Source: Diplonema japonicum (taxonomy: Eukaryota > Protista > Euglenozoa: Diplonemea). Taken from it: a DNA stretch of 64,000 nucleotides. Below are positions 47,122-57,355 of the stretch, piece after piece (positions within the stretch are counted from its first letter, which is position 1; each line of letters opens with the position of its first letter). The position numbers and the translations under genes were made by a program. Where the stretch lies: NCBI GenBank assembly GCA_964019335.1, contig OZ025670.1:558001-622000 (forward strand), in the 5' to 3' direction. The notes below the pieces were generated by a model. It searched no databases, was not told the DNA's origin, and saw only the letters and a program-made list of their open reading frames with translations.

Positions 47122-50100
47122 ATGGGGCACAATGGGGACTACAACATGCTGCTCCGCACCCCTAGAGAGTGCCTTGGGGTGGGCTACAATACATCGCTAA
47201 TGGACCTGTCGCCTATGACTGCCGAGACTACATTTAGGAGCGAGTCATCTCGGAGCGTTGTAAGGCAGAGCTCGAGTTGTATGTCAACTTCCCTTTCCGG
47301 GCCCGGGGGGATTTCCCTCTCCGGACCCAGGGGTGCCGCTTCCGATGAACAGAACATAGCTGCTGCGCAGATAGCTCTCGATTATTGGAGGGACTCGAAA
47401 GAGAAGCGTGATGCTGTGCCCTCCAAGCGCGTGTCTAGACAGAAGGCAATGCAGCCTCATACTCATCCTGTGGCCAGGAGTGTATCCCCGAAGAGTAACT
47501 ACAACGCCATCCTGAAAAAAGATACATCTGAAATGTTGAAAAAGGAACGCTCGCTACGCAGGAATAAGGATCCCGTCATTGCAGCCAAGACATTCCTCAG
47601 TCAGCAGAACGAGATCAAGAAACACTACAGCGAGTTGCTCAAGGTTGGCAAGAAGGCAGCAGCTGGCAATGTTCAATCAGGCATGAGGCGTGAGGCGCTT
47701 GCAACCGCTGCGACTTCCCCTCATGCGAAGAAGCTTTTAGAGATACACTCCAAAGTCGCGCACTTGGCAACACCGCCGAAGAAGAACACCAATACTGCGT
47801 CACAGCAAGCAAAAAAGATAAAGGAAGAAAAACACGTTTCTCTAGCGCAAACTGGTGCACTCGACTGGTTTGAACCCCACAAATACAAGGAAGGGAGACA
47901 GTCCGATACTTTACATGCTAAGTTCAAGCAGCAGGAGGTAGCTGTAGTCGCTGAGAATATACAAGCACAGACCGAGCTACAAGTATTTTCAGAAGCGGAA
48001 GCCCAAGCTGAGGCGCAAGCTGAAGAGGAGGCGAGAGCGCAGCATGCATGGAGCTTTTCAAAGACACAAGTTGAGAATATACAGCGGACAGTAGAGGTTG
48101 CTGCGAAAGGTCCTTCGCATCAGGAAGTGCCTACAGATATAGCAGCACAAATGGAGCAGGTTCAGAATGTACATGAACAACGAGACGAAACGGAAGGTGC
48201 TGGTGGCTGGTCGGTGGACGAGGAGTGTGAAGACGCCGTGGCGCCAAACGAGATGCAGATCACCGACATGTGGAACTGGGGTGAGGATTCAGCAGATCTA
48301 ACTGCTATCACCGACACGCTCGTGCGCCATACACGGGATGTTCCTGTTGACTCCCTTGGGCAGAAACTGCCTTTGGCAAAGCATCCTAGGTCCACACCAC
48401 TGAGCCCAGAGCAGGCGAAGGCTGCAGGTAAAGCACTGTGGTCTGCCCTCGAAGCAGGCAAACAGGAAACAGAGGCGTCCGATACCGCTGTGGTCACCAT
48501 CGGTTTGGATGAAAGCGATGGACTTACTGAGAGCCTGGAACAACGCGAAGTACCGCAAGCATCCCCAGAGACAGAAAGACCGAAGAGCATTAGCCCGACA
48601 GCATTGCAGCTTCTTGCTGAACAGTCCTTTTCTGACTCGGTTGCATTCCCTCTCGAGGTCCTTGCAGCAGAGCTGGTCAGTATGGAGCATGTGTATACCA
48701 AGCCAAGCCTTCCCTGTGATGATGCCGTCTCCCTTCGCAGCTCCTCAGGCAGTCTGTCACGCGCCCAAGATGAATGCACTTTCAAGTCCATCAAATTTGA
48801 AGTCCCCAGTAGTTTCAAAGACGACGAGGAAGTGCCCCTGGTTAGTAGTAAGAGGAAGGTTGGCTCCCCTTTCGATGAAGTTATGAGATCACTCACGAGA
48901 AAAAAGCAACCCGAAGAAGCTACGTTGGGAAGCAGGTCAAAGTTATTGCAAGAAGCCCCTGCGTCCCCACACGCACCGTCGCCGATCTTAGTACCCTCGC
49001 CCCACCCCCCGCCATCATCTGTATCTATTGATACCGAAGCTTGGCTAGATGCTCCCTGGACCGCGGAATCTCCGCGAAATAATCTTGCTGTTGTATCTTT
49101 AGATACACAGCGAGAGGACTTCAAAACTTGCGTCCCTTCCCCCATCCCTGTCATTGATTCCCCTGCAAGTGTTGTAGCCAATCACAGTCAGGTCCAGGGC
49201 ACGTCGCTTTTGCTACACGAACAGGAAGGTAGTACAGTATCTACAGCACGTGATTTCGCTTCACCCATGGTGTCCCCCAGGGCACACAGAAGTACTTCAC
49301 CTGCACCATACACGAATCTCTGCGACGTGCTTCATGGAAGCACCTCACCTATGCCGCATATTGTTGACGGCAGCACCTCTCCCATGCCGCACGCCGCCGC
49401 ACGTGGCAGCACCTCGCCAGTTGCACGCTCTACGGTACACGTCAGTGCGTCACCAATATCGCAATCAGTGGCACACGGTAGTACTTCGCCAATGCCACGA
49501 CCAATGGCGCATTGCAGTACTTCGCCAATGCCAGTGACACATGGTAGTACTTCACCGATGCCACGAACAATGGCACATGGTAGTACTTCACCAATGCCCC
49601 GCCCAGTGACGCATGGCAGTACTTCACCAATGCCACGCCCAGTAGCGCATGGCAGTACTTCACCAATACCACGATCAATGACCCACGGCAGTACTTCACC
49701 AATGCCACGATCAATGATCCACGGCAGTACTTCACCAATGCCACGCCCAGTAGCGCACGGCAGCACTTCGCCAATACCACGCTCAGTGACTCATGGCAGT
49801 ACTTCACCAATGCCGCGTAATGTTTGCAACAACGCCACATCACCTATTCATCCTGCCACAACACATGGGGGTACCTCCCCTGTGCTACAGTACACTCACT
49901 GCGGCACGTCTCCTTTGCTGAAAAGCGTTTCCCATGGCAGCACCTCGCCTATGCTGCAGCAGATGGTGAACAGCGGCACCTCTCCATTGATATTTTCGAA
50001 TGAGGCCGGCACCTCTCCAATACTGGAGATGCAGCATGCTGAAGCAGGCACCTCCCCAGTATACGCTGATTCTAGCCCTGCGCAGGCCGTTGTGCGAACG

Positions 50101-51531
50101 CCGGAGCTGCCGAGCGTTTCACCGATTAAGCACCCTATGCGCGATGTCCTAGATGTTTCCCAAGTATCAAATTCAGACATCGGGGACTCGGAGTACAGTA
50201 AAGCTGAAGGCGCACAAGATGACTACTGGGACCCGAGACAGGCAGTCACCATGGCAGACGCAGTGACAGGATCTACACTACAATTGCAGGGTACTGCAAA
50301 CACTAACACTGACGCAGTCAGTCGGTTCGACAAACTCACGTCACCTTATGCTGCAGTACACAGCAGCCCTGTTACTGTAGAGGATGAAGCGCTAGAACAG
50401 CTGAAGCAGATGTCACCCTTCATGGCAGTGCACCACATTCTGCATAGGGAAGTGCACACACCTCTTGAGCACTACTTGACGAACGATTTTTCGACTGTAG
50501 AAAGCCCACCAGAAAAGCGCCCGACTCCTGTTCCTTTGTTTGCAGGCGCGCCCCAAGCGCCCCCTACGCCCATCTCATTGATGCCAGACAACGAGACAAC
50601 ACCTGTGAGAACCCCGCGGAAGGTCCCTAGACAACTCCGTGTGCCCAAGCCCCTGCCGTCATCTGTCGCGTCATCGCTTGTGCGAAGATCACCCCAAGGC
50701 CTCCCGGAACCAGACTACAGAATCGAACTGGCCGAGTGCTTTGCAAGAAGGGTGCAGGAGCTTCAGGCACATCGTTTGCTCAGGTCAGGTTTCAGGCGCT
50801 TACGACGACTAGCTCGCTTCCAGCGGCTGAACAGACGTAAAGTCTGTCTTAGTGCAGCATTCCACAGCTGGCGTTTGTGCAGTGCTGCTCAAGGGAATCG
50901 TCGATGCTTGCACATTTGGTGGAAGAAGTGGCAGCGAAGTGTAGCTATGTCGCACACGAAAGCCCTGTTCCAGCAATGGCGGGCTGCCTCGCGTGGATGC
51001 TTCGACGTAAGGAAGGCTGATGACTTTTGCAAGGTGCGTGCATTGAGAAAGATAAAGCGGGTGGCTATTGCACGGAGTGCATTGCGCACGAAGGTCGAAA
51101 GGGTAAGGTTGCTAGGTGAGAGCTGTGTTATCAGCAAATATTTCATAAAGTGGAAAAGCATTGTAATACTGCACAAGCGGCCTTCCCACAGACAGAGTGG
51201 AAGGCATCTTGTGAGGCTCAATGACCTACTAAAATCTGAACTAGAAAAAGAGGTGCATATCAGAACCCAGGTTGAGTCGCGTCTAAAGCAGTTAGAACAG
51301 AAGGAGCAGCAGCAGATAGTGGTCAAGCCACATAGCGCTGCAAGGACGAAAAGGAAGAAGAAGGACACGGTAGGGAGGCAATTGTTCGCTCCAGAAGCTT
51401 CGCCACAAAACCAGCTTCACGAGTACTTGTCAGGTGAGTTGCGTGCTGCCACAAAACGGATGCCCAAGATCAAGACTCCATCTGAGCTGGCGACGGCCAT
51501 GCACGACTTTGTGTCTTCTCTCCCCCAATAG
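47122..51531 (+). CDS. large disordered protein with a TSP repeat array and Sfi1-like C-terminal repeats
   Basis: ~1470-codon ORF. About 20 xxSTSP/GTSP motifs, then L..(F/W)..W repeats (LSAAFHSWR, KALFQQWR, SKYFIKWK). Confidence 0.85.
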   Translation: MGHNGDYNMLLRTPRECLGVGYNTSLMDLSPMTAETTFRSESSRSVVRQSSSCMSTSLSGPGGISLSGPRGAASDEQNIAAAQIALDYWRDSKEKRDAVPSKRVSRQKAMQPHTHPVARSVSPKSNYNAILKKDTSEMLKKERSLRRNKDPVIAAKTFLSQQNEIKKHYSELLKVGKKAAAGNVQSGMRREALATAATSPHAKKLLEIHSKVAHLATPPKKNTNTASQQAKKIKEEKHVSLAQTGALDWFEPHKYKEGRQSDTLHAKFKQQEVAVVAENIQAQTELQVFSEAEAQAEAQAEEEARAQHAWSFSKTQVENIQRTVEVAAKGPSHQEVPTDIAAQMEQVQNVHEQRDETEGAGGWSVDEECEDAVAPNEMQITDMWNWGEDSADLTAITDTLVRHTRDVPVDSLGQKLPLAKHPRSTPLSPEQAKAAGKALWSALEAGKQETEASDTAVVTIGLDESDGLTESLEQREVPQASPETERPKSISPTALQLLAEQSFSDSVAFPLEVLAAELVSMEHVYTKPSLPCDDAVSLRSSSGSLSRAQDECTFKSIKFEVPSSFKDDEEVPLVSSKRKVGSPFDEVMRSLTRKKQPEEATLGSRSKLLQEAPASPHAPSPILVPSPHPPPSSVSIDTEAWLDAPWTAESPRNNLAVVSLDTQREDFKTCVPSPIPVIDSPASVVANHSQVQGTSLLLHEQEGSTVSTARDFASPMVSPRAHRSTSPAPYTNLCDVLHGSTSPMPHIVDGSTSPMPHAAARGSTSPVARSTVHVSASPISQSVAHGSTSPMPRPMAHCSTSPMPVTHGSTSPMPRTMAHGSTSPMPRPVTHGSTSPMPRPVAHGSTSPIPRSMTHGSTSPMPRSMIHGSTSPMPRPVAHGSTSPIPRSVTHGSTSPMPRNVCNNATSPIHPATTHGGTSPVLQYTHCGTSPLLKSVSHGSTSPMLQQMVNSGTSPLIFSNEAGTSPILEMQHAEAGTSPVYADSSPAQAVVRTPELPSVSPIKHPMRDVLDVSQVSNSDIGDSEYSKAEGAQDDYWDPRQAVTMADAVTGSTLQLQGTANTNTDAVSRFDKLTSPYAAVHSSPVTVEDEALEQLKQMSPFMAVHHILHREVHTPLEHYLTNDFSTVESPPEKRPTPVPLFAGAPQAPPTPISLMPDNETTPVRTPRKVPRQLRVPKPLPSSVASSLVRRSPQGLPEPDYRIELAECFARRVQELQAHRLLRSGFRRLRRLARFQRLNRRKVCLSAAFHSWRLCSAAQGNRRCLHIWWKKWQRSVAMSHTKALFQQWRAASRGCFDVRKADDFCKVRALRKIKRVAIARSALRTKVERVRLLGESCVISKYFIKWKSIVILHKRPSHRQSGRHLVRLNDLLKSELEKEVHIRTQVESRLKQLEQKEQQQIVVKPHSAARTKRKKKDTVGRQLFAPEASPQNQLHEYLSGELRAATKRMPKIKTPSELATAMHDFVSSLPQ
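49333..50060 (+). repeat. in-frame ~36-nt tandem repeat (HGSTSPMPRPVA)
   Basis: Repeated ca(c/t)ggcagtacttcaccaatgccacg units, degenerating at both ends. Confidence 0.92.
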
Positions 51532-51591
51532 ATAGTATTATAGATATGAGTACATCATTTCCTTTCCTAGTCACCTTCGTGCAGGTTACAC

Positions 51592-51729
51592 ATGGACTCT
51601 GAGCCCACACTTAGTGAAGGCATCAACACCTTGTCACTGATTGTTGAAGAGACACGCAGAACAAAAGCCTCAACAGAGAGGTTGCGCGCCTTGCTGCGAG
51701 AGCTTAAGAGCGATAGTAAACTCTCGTAG
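51592..51729 (+). CDS. candidate 45-aa microprotein (not in the ORF track)
   Basis: MDSEPTLSEGINTLSLIVEETRRTKASTERLRALLRELKSDSKLS*. Fills the gap between two genes and follows a pyrimidine-rich stretch ending in gcag. Confidence 0.5.
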   Translation: MDSEPTLSEGINTLSLIVEETRRTKASTERLRALLRELKSDSKLS

Positions 51730-51780
51730 TATTATGTTAACGTTTCTTGCAACAACACACACACGCAGGCACCCAGCAAT

Positions 51781-53420
51781 ATGGCTTTACGGGTGACCCA
51801 GCGGCGCCTGTCGCTGTACACGTGGTATCTGAATAAGTTCTGGCGGAAGGACATCAAACACCCAACACCTATGACAAAGAGCCAGAAGGTAGAACCTGGG
51901 TACCACTGGCTTGAGAAGCATTACGTACCGACACCTTGGGAGTTGTTTTACTGGAATGTGTGCTGGTTTCCTATGACAGGTGAGGTTTTGGTGGGGAAGG
52001 ACTGGCGGAATAACCTATTCTTCATCAAGCATGATCCTGCTAAGGGTGTAAAGCACCATAGATTTGCACGATTTGTGGAAGGGTGGGAAATGAACCAGGA
52101 CTACGACACAGATGACTTATGGAGGGTATGCACAGAACGGGACCTAAAAATGCAAAACAGAAATGGTTGGACTTCCGCATGGCTACACCCCCAACACCGC
52201 AGCAGTGCGCCAGGCTTCACAAGTACCAAGAAGAAAAGTATTCAATAAAAGAGGCCGGTCTGCAGCATTTGTATGAACAAGAGATGCAAGACCCTATGTC
52301 GCACCGGATTAGACGGTACCAAGAATATGTGGACCAAAAGTGGGATGTGAGAAGGAGTAGGCAGATCCAAAAGGGGACGCTTGGACAGAAGTGGTTGGTC
52401 AAAAAGTCAAACTCTCCAGATATACGTGACAAGTATTACTACACAAGATGGCAGGCCATCTGGGAGTCGAAGCTGTTCATGCAGATCGATCTCCTGCGCC
52501 CACCGAGGAGGCAGCGTGTATGGAAGCTAGAAGACGATTACCGTGCCGTGGAGGCTATGAACAAGATAGACAACCCTGACTACAAAATGAACCCCTTTGA
52601 GACTACAAGACAAGAGGTATTCTTCCCAGTATGACCAACACAACACAACAGAGATACCTATCATCCCCCTCGCACGTAGCGGGCAGGGCAGTGCCTACAA
52701 GTGTGACGAAGGTGGAGAAGGCGTTTGACGCATCGAAGCTGCCCCCCGAGCCTGTCGGTGAGCTGAGGATGCGCATCACGAACGAAAACCCTATCTATGG
52801 GATGTCGGTATGTATTGGGAAGCATGCACAACATGATACAGAGCGATGCGGAGTATCAGGAGTGGTTTGCAGACCAGCGGAAGCAGCTCATTGTTGCACG
52901 TGCGGAGCTAGAACAGATGAAGAGAGACGGCTTCAGACCTGACGAGGTCGGCGGTGACCTTGACCCGTACACAGCAGCGAGACCAATAGATGACTACAAG
53001 GAGGAGAGGAGGAAACGGACAGAGATGCTGGACAGGGCACGTGATGAGAGACAGCAGTTGGAAGCCAAGAAGAAGGGTGCACTGCAAAAGATGCTCGGAA
53101 CCGATCTGAAGAGGGAGTACCTGGCAAGCGTAGCGCACAAAGGGCCCGAAGAGGCTGTTGTTTACACGAAGGTACGCGGGAAGATCACCGAAGGCGAGAG
53201 CAAGAGGTACCTCAACGAGAAGCATAAGCTGCCGGAGACACGAAGTGCCAGCTTACCCGCCACCGCTATCGACGATGACAGTGAGAACATGGGTGAGGAG
53301 ATGGAGGGCATCAGGTCGGTGTTTGGTAAGAAGGGTACTGGTTTGTATTCGTCCAAGGTGGGTGGCCGACAGAGCACGCGCCCCGACGACGCCAGTCCGG
53401 ACAAGACGCCCGAAAAGTGA
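51781..53420 (+). CDS. NDUFA12/NDUFAF2-family complex I protein with a long C-terminal extension
   Basis: Presequence MALRVTQRRL, LVGKDWRNNLFF, WRKWLDFRMATPPT. Introns 52126-52160, 52617-52651, 52808-52841. Confidence 0.65.
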
Positions 53421-53503
53421 AGCGATATCAAGTGATTTTCTTTTTAAAGCGTCCGTAGTAATGATGTTGTTAAATATCCCGCAGGCAAAACCAAGACAGT
53501 AAG

Positions 53504-54071
53504 ATGGAGCTGGCGATGGGGATGAGGCTGCGGCCACCGACTGCTATGGGGACAGAGGAGTGGCGCCCGCAGCGCCGCCCGCCGCCAACCACAGTAGCGA
53601 TGACAAAAGCCCACCATGGCAGAGGCATGAAGATGCACCCTTCGCAAATGCCCGGAATGTACCCCATGTCACCTGCTGAATACAGCCCCTATTCGTACCC
53701 CTCCCCTCATGGTCGCATGGGGATGTCGCGTGGGGCCCCCATGTCGCATTATGGAATGGAGTACCCACGTTGGGAGCAGGAACCTGGCTACCCTAGGGGC
53801 CCCTGCGACAGAGGCACCACCATGTCACGGTTGTATAAAACCAAGATTTGTAAAACTTGGAAGGTATGAAATTAATAAGCCCAGGGGTAAGTAAAGAATT
53901 CCGCAGGAGCAGGGGTCCTGCCCATACAACGAGAGGTGCATCTTTGCGCACAATGCAGCGGAGCTACGTGAACTCGGTTTTGCAGAAGCCGAAGCTCTGC
54001 AGCACTTTGAAGCTGCGGGGGTGCGGTTGCACCTCAAGCCAGATGACGTACTCCTCCTGAGGGAAGAGTGA
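53504..54071 (+). CDS. single CCCH (TIS11/ZFP-type) zinc finger RNA-binding protein
   Basis: YKTKICKTWK|EQGSCPYNERCIFAH..ELR formed across intron 53864-53906. Confidence 0.9.
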
Positions 54072-55007
54072 AGACACCTTTTCCCACACTCTACCTGCTT
54101 AGTCCATCAGTCTCCGTTATGTTTGCCTTATTAGTCCTCCCCTTTCCCCCCTTTTTTTTGGATCTGGAGAGTCCTAGCGGTGCCTCGTCCCTATGGAGGA
54201 GATTCTTCTGCCGCTCAGTGCTTTCCTTTAGACAAGGTGCGGACAGCGGGATGTCTCGCTGATGAGCACACCGCAAGGGGTCTGCTTCTTTTTTTTAAAT
54301 GTCTAATTTTTCTTCTTTTTTTCTTCTTTTCCGCACTGGGTTCATCAGATTTTTTTATTTATGAAGAAAAAGAGGAAAGAAGGAGGAACACATGTTCTTT
54401 TTGAGTCAAGTCGGCATGCCAGTATAGTTCTATTTTCTTTTTCATATTCAGTTCTTCCTTCCACGCTCGATAGCCTGGTACTCCTCCCTGCCTCTACTAA
54501 CTAGGGCTGGGCTACGTGCGTGCGTGTTGCATTATTTTTTATTTTTTTTGAAAAGAAACCTGCTATTTTTTTGGCGGCCTTTTTGCTATAGCATCCTATG
54601 TTTTTTTTTATTCCTTCTTTTTTTTTTCTTTTCTCCTGCTTCGAGCGCAAGCGACTCTCAGAATTCAGAAGGAGAAGAATGGTGTGGGGTGTTGCGACGG
54701 CATACCTTAAGAGAATAGAATAGTTTTTTTTTTATTTATTATTTTTTATTCAAATCAGAAAACAAGTTGTTAGGAAACAAACGAAAAATAAAAAAGCATG
54801 GAGCGAATTTTGGGGGGAAAGGGGGGGGGGGGGGGGGGCGTCGTTCCCCAATTTGCTAAGTTGAGGCTTGCAGTGGGGCAGGGATTGTTAATTTACTTTG
54901 TTTCCTGACACTCTTCTTATTCTTTGTACAAAAGCCCCGCATGAAAGAAAAACAAAAAAACAAAAAACAAAACACCACCCTCCCCTTCCCTTCCAGAATG
55001 ACTGAAC

Positions 55008-57355
55008 ATGCAAGTCTACCTGCAAAATTTTAGAGTCCGCAGCAGGTTGTATAGCGGTCGTATCCTGCTGTTCACATTCTTGGTGTGTTTTTTGACGATA
55101 GTAGCCCGGAAGCATGTTCACGCAATGCGGTTGATCCAAGCGGAGGCACGGGGGCAGCGCGTTGTTACCCGAGAGGATGTAAAGAGTACGCTCAAGAAGG
55201 AAAGTAAGGATGCCATTCCAACAGGCCAGCCTTCTGACGAATGCTACTACATACAGGTATATATATATCCATACATCGTACCTTCCATCACTAGGCACAT
55301 TCCTGTTCCCAGATAGGATGGGCTATCTCGTCCGAAGGCCGAGGGATCCACGTCGGCGACAAGTCCCCAATGCGGGTCAGTATCGTGAAACCCGGTCTGT
55401 GGGGGGAGAAGACACTCTCCCTCATTGTGTGCAATGAAGACGGAACCAAGTCAACGCAGTACGTGCACCATGACGGGTGCGAGGTGGTGGTCGACGAGCT
55501 GCAGGACGACATCTTCTTCAAGCAGTCCGCATCCTTCATCCAACATCAAGGGCGGTACTTCAACGGGTTCTTTGCGTTGGAGTCTGCTGACTTCTTAGGC
55601 CACTACATCATCTCAAAAGGCGGGCAGCTTGCTCTGGAGTCTGAAGACTCTAGCACCAACTTCCGTCTAGATGCGAGTTGGGTGAGCGACACGGACATCA
55701 ACGTCAAGACGTCGGAAAGCCACTCTACAGTCTACTTCCTGAAGCAGCCCCTCCCCGCGGGTACTGACGTTCCCATTGTCATCACTGATGAGTCGACATG
55801 CTCGCGGGACCACCATGGCTGCTGCGATATGGATGAGACAGACTTTGTCACCCCCACAGCCACTGCTATGGGGTCCGCCGACCCCGCTACCGGTGATGTT
55901 GCCGCCCTCATTATAAGCAGTTCCAGGACATACCCCAAACGACGCGCGCTCCTCGACGGGTGGCTGTTGGGCCCCGTGCAACGCGGTGACACAGCACCTT
56001 GGGATCGTGCCATCATCTCGCTCGACTGCTTCACCGACGCCATCGACACGACCCTCAAAAAGACTGACTGGGTGGTGGGCCCTCTCGGTGCAGGGCCGAA
56101 TGGTATCCCCATGATCACAGTGCGTGTGCCCATTGTGACACACTGGACCTTCGAAAGGTATGCACCATTTTCTTTTCGTTCAGCAGCACCGCAGGTACCC
56201 CGACGCTTCGTGGTACTTCACCATCGACGACGACACGCTCGTCTTCAGCGAGAACATCATCTGGGCCCTGTCGCACTTGGAGTAGTATGTCAAGCAATGC
56301 CGTTGACCTATATATCACAACAGCCCGCACGAGAAGCTGTGGTACGTCGGCCACTCAACAGAGTGGAAGATCAAGATCTGGTTCCATGGCAAGATGGCGT
56401 TTGGCGGGGGTGGGATCCTGGTGTCTAACAAGGGCAGGAAGATGTGGATGGACTACTGGCAGGGCGGTGTCCTCAATGCGTCGCGAGCATGGATGGAAAG
56501 CGGAAGGTGTTCGCATGACGGTGGCGACGGGACTGTGTGCCGGTGCCTGCTGCTTGCCGCAGGGACGAGACAGATGTTTACTGATTTCAAAGGGTTCCAC
56601 CAGTTCGACATTGTGGGGACAGCAAGCATGCTAGAGATCATCAAGGACACGTGCCCAAACTGTCCAACGGTATGCCAGCACCTCACACCGACTACCACTA
56701 CCTCCCGACAGGTCTACGAGCAGAGCGGGCTGTGGATCGACGACATCGTCAGCCAGCACACTCTGCTGACCTTCCATCATTTGCTGGCTATACAGCCCGG
56801 GTCCATCTACCCAGGGTTGGAGGGTATGTTGCACTATTCTGCTTTGACCGTTCAACAGGAGCAGAGACAGGGGCCTTGTTCAACGATGCGTACAGGGCAT
56901 ACCCCAGCCACATGTTGATGAAAAGGAAGTGCGGGATGTCTGAGAACTCAACCTTCACGTTGTGCATCAACTTTGGGCATCAGATTCAGGTATTTTGTTT
57001 TGTTGCGAATATTGGCGATTACTTTTACTAACAGATCTTCAAGAACACGCTTAACCCGCAAGATGCGTTTGTCTTATTAGATGCCAAGGACGGGACCAGC
57101 AGAGCACGGCCAACCGAAAACCTGATCTACCTGGCCGTGAGGATTCATGTGCAAGACTCGCAGCTGTGCTCCATGCACTACCAAGCGAATGGCACACGGA
57201 AGGAGACAGTGTACAAAGGCAGTGATATCGAACCGAGAGCCTTGCACGACCCTGTGTGTGCAGGTGAGGCGTCTGTGTTTGTCCAGGACAATGTCATGAC
57301 CGCCCGTATCAGCTTCAATGCGCAAAAGATTATTTGGAAACAGAGCCTGGTGTAA
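55008..57355 (+). CDS. type II membrane glycosyltransferase (GT31 Fringe/DUF604-like) with an AbfB/CBM42-like module
   Basis: N-terminal TM helix. PGL..YVHH..ASF..LESADFLGHYI..FRLDASW, then WYFTIDDDT, YVG, MAFGGGGILVS, GD, GFHQFD, TFHH. Introns 55257-55294, 56158-56194, 56285-56323, 56670-56711, 56824-56858, 56990-57034. Confidence 0.82.

Noticed and set aside
49333-50060. CRISPR-like array
   Set aside because: In-frame coding tandem repeat without unique spacers, in a eukaryotic gene.
54245-54290. Hammerhead ribozyme (CTGATGAG next to hairpins)
   Set aside because: No GAAA core after the putative stem II.
434-57034. Stop-codon reassignment or programmed frameshifting to explain the broken ORFs
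   Set aside because: Every break in the genes examined is resolved by a short GT-AG intron that restores conserved motifs under the standard code.
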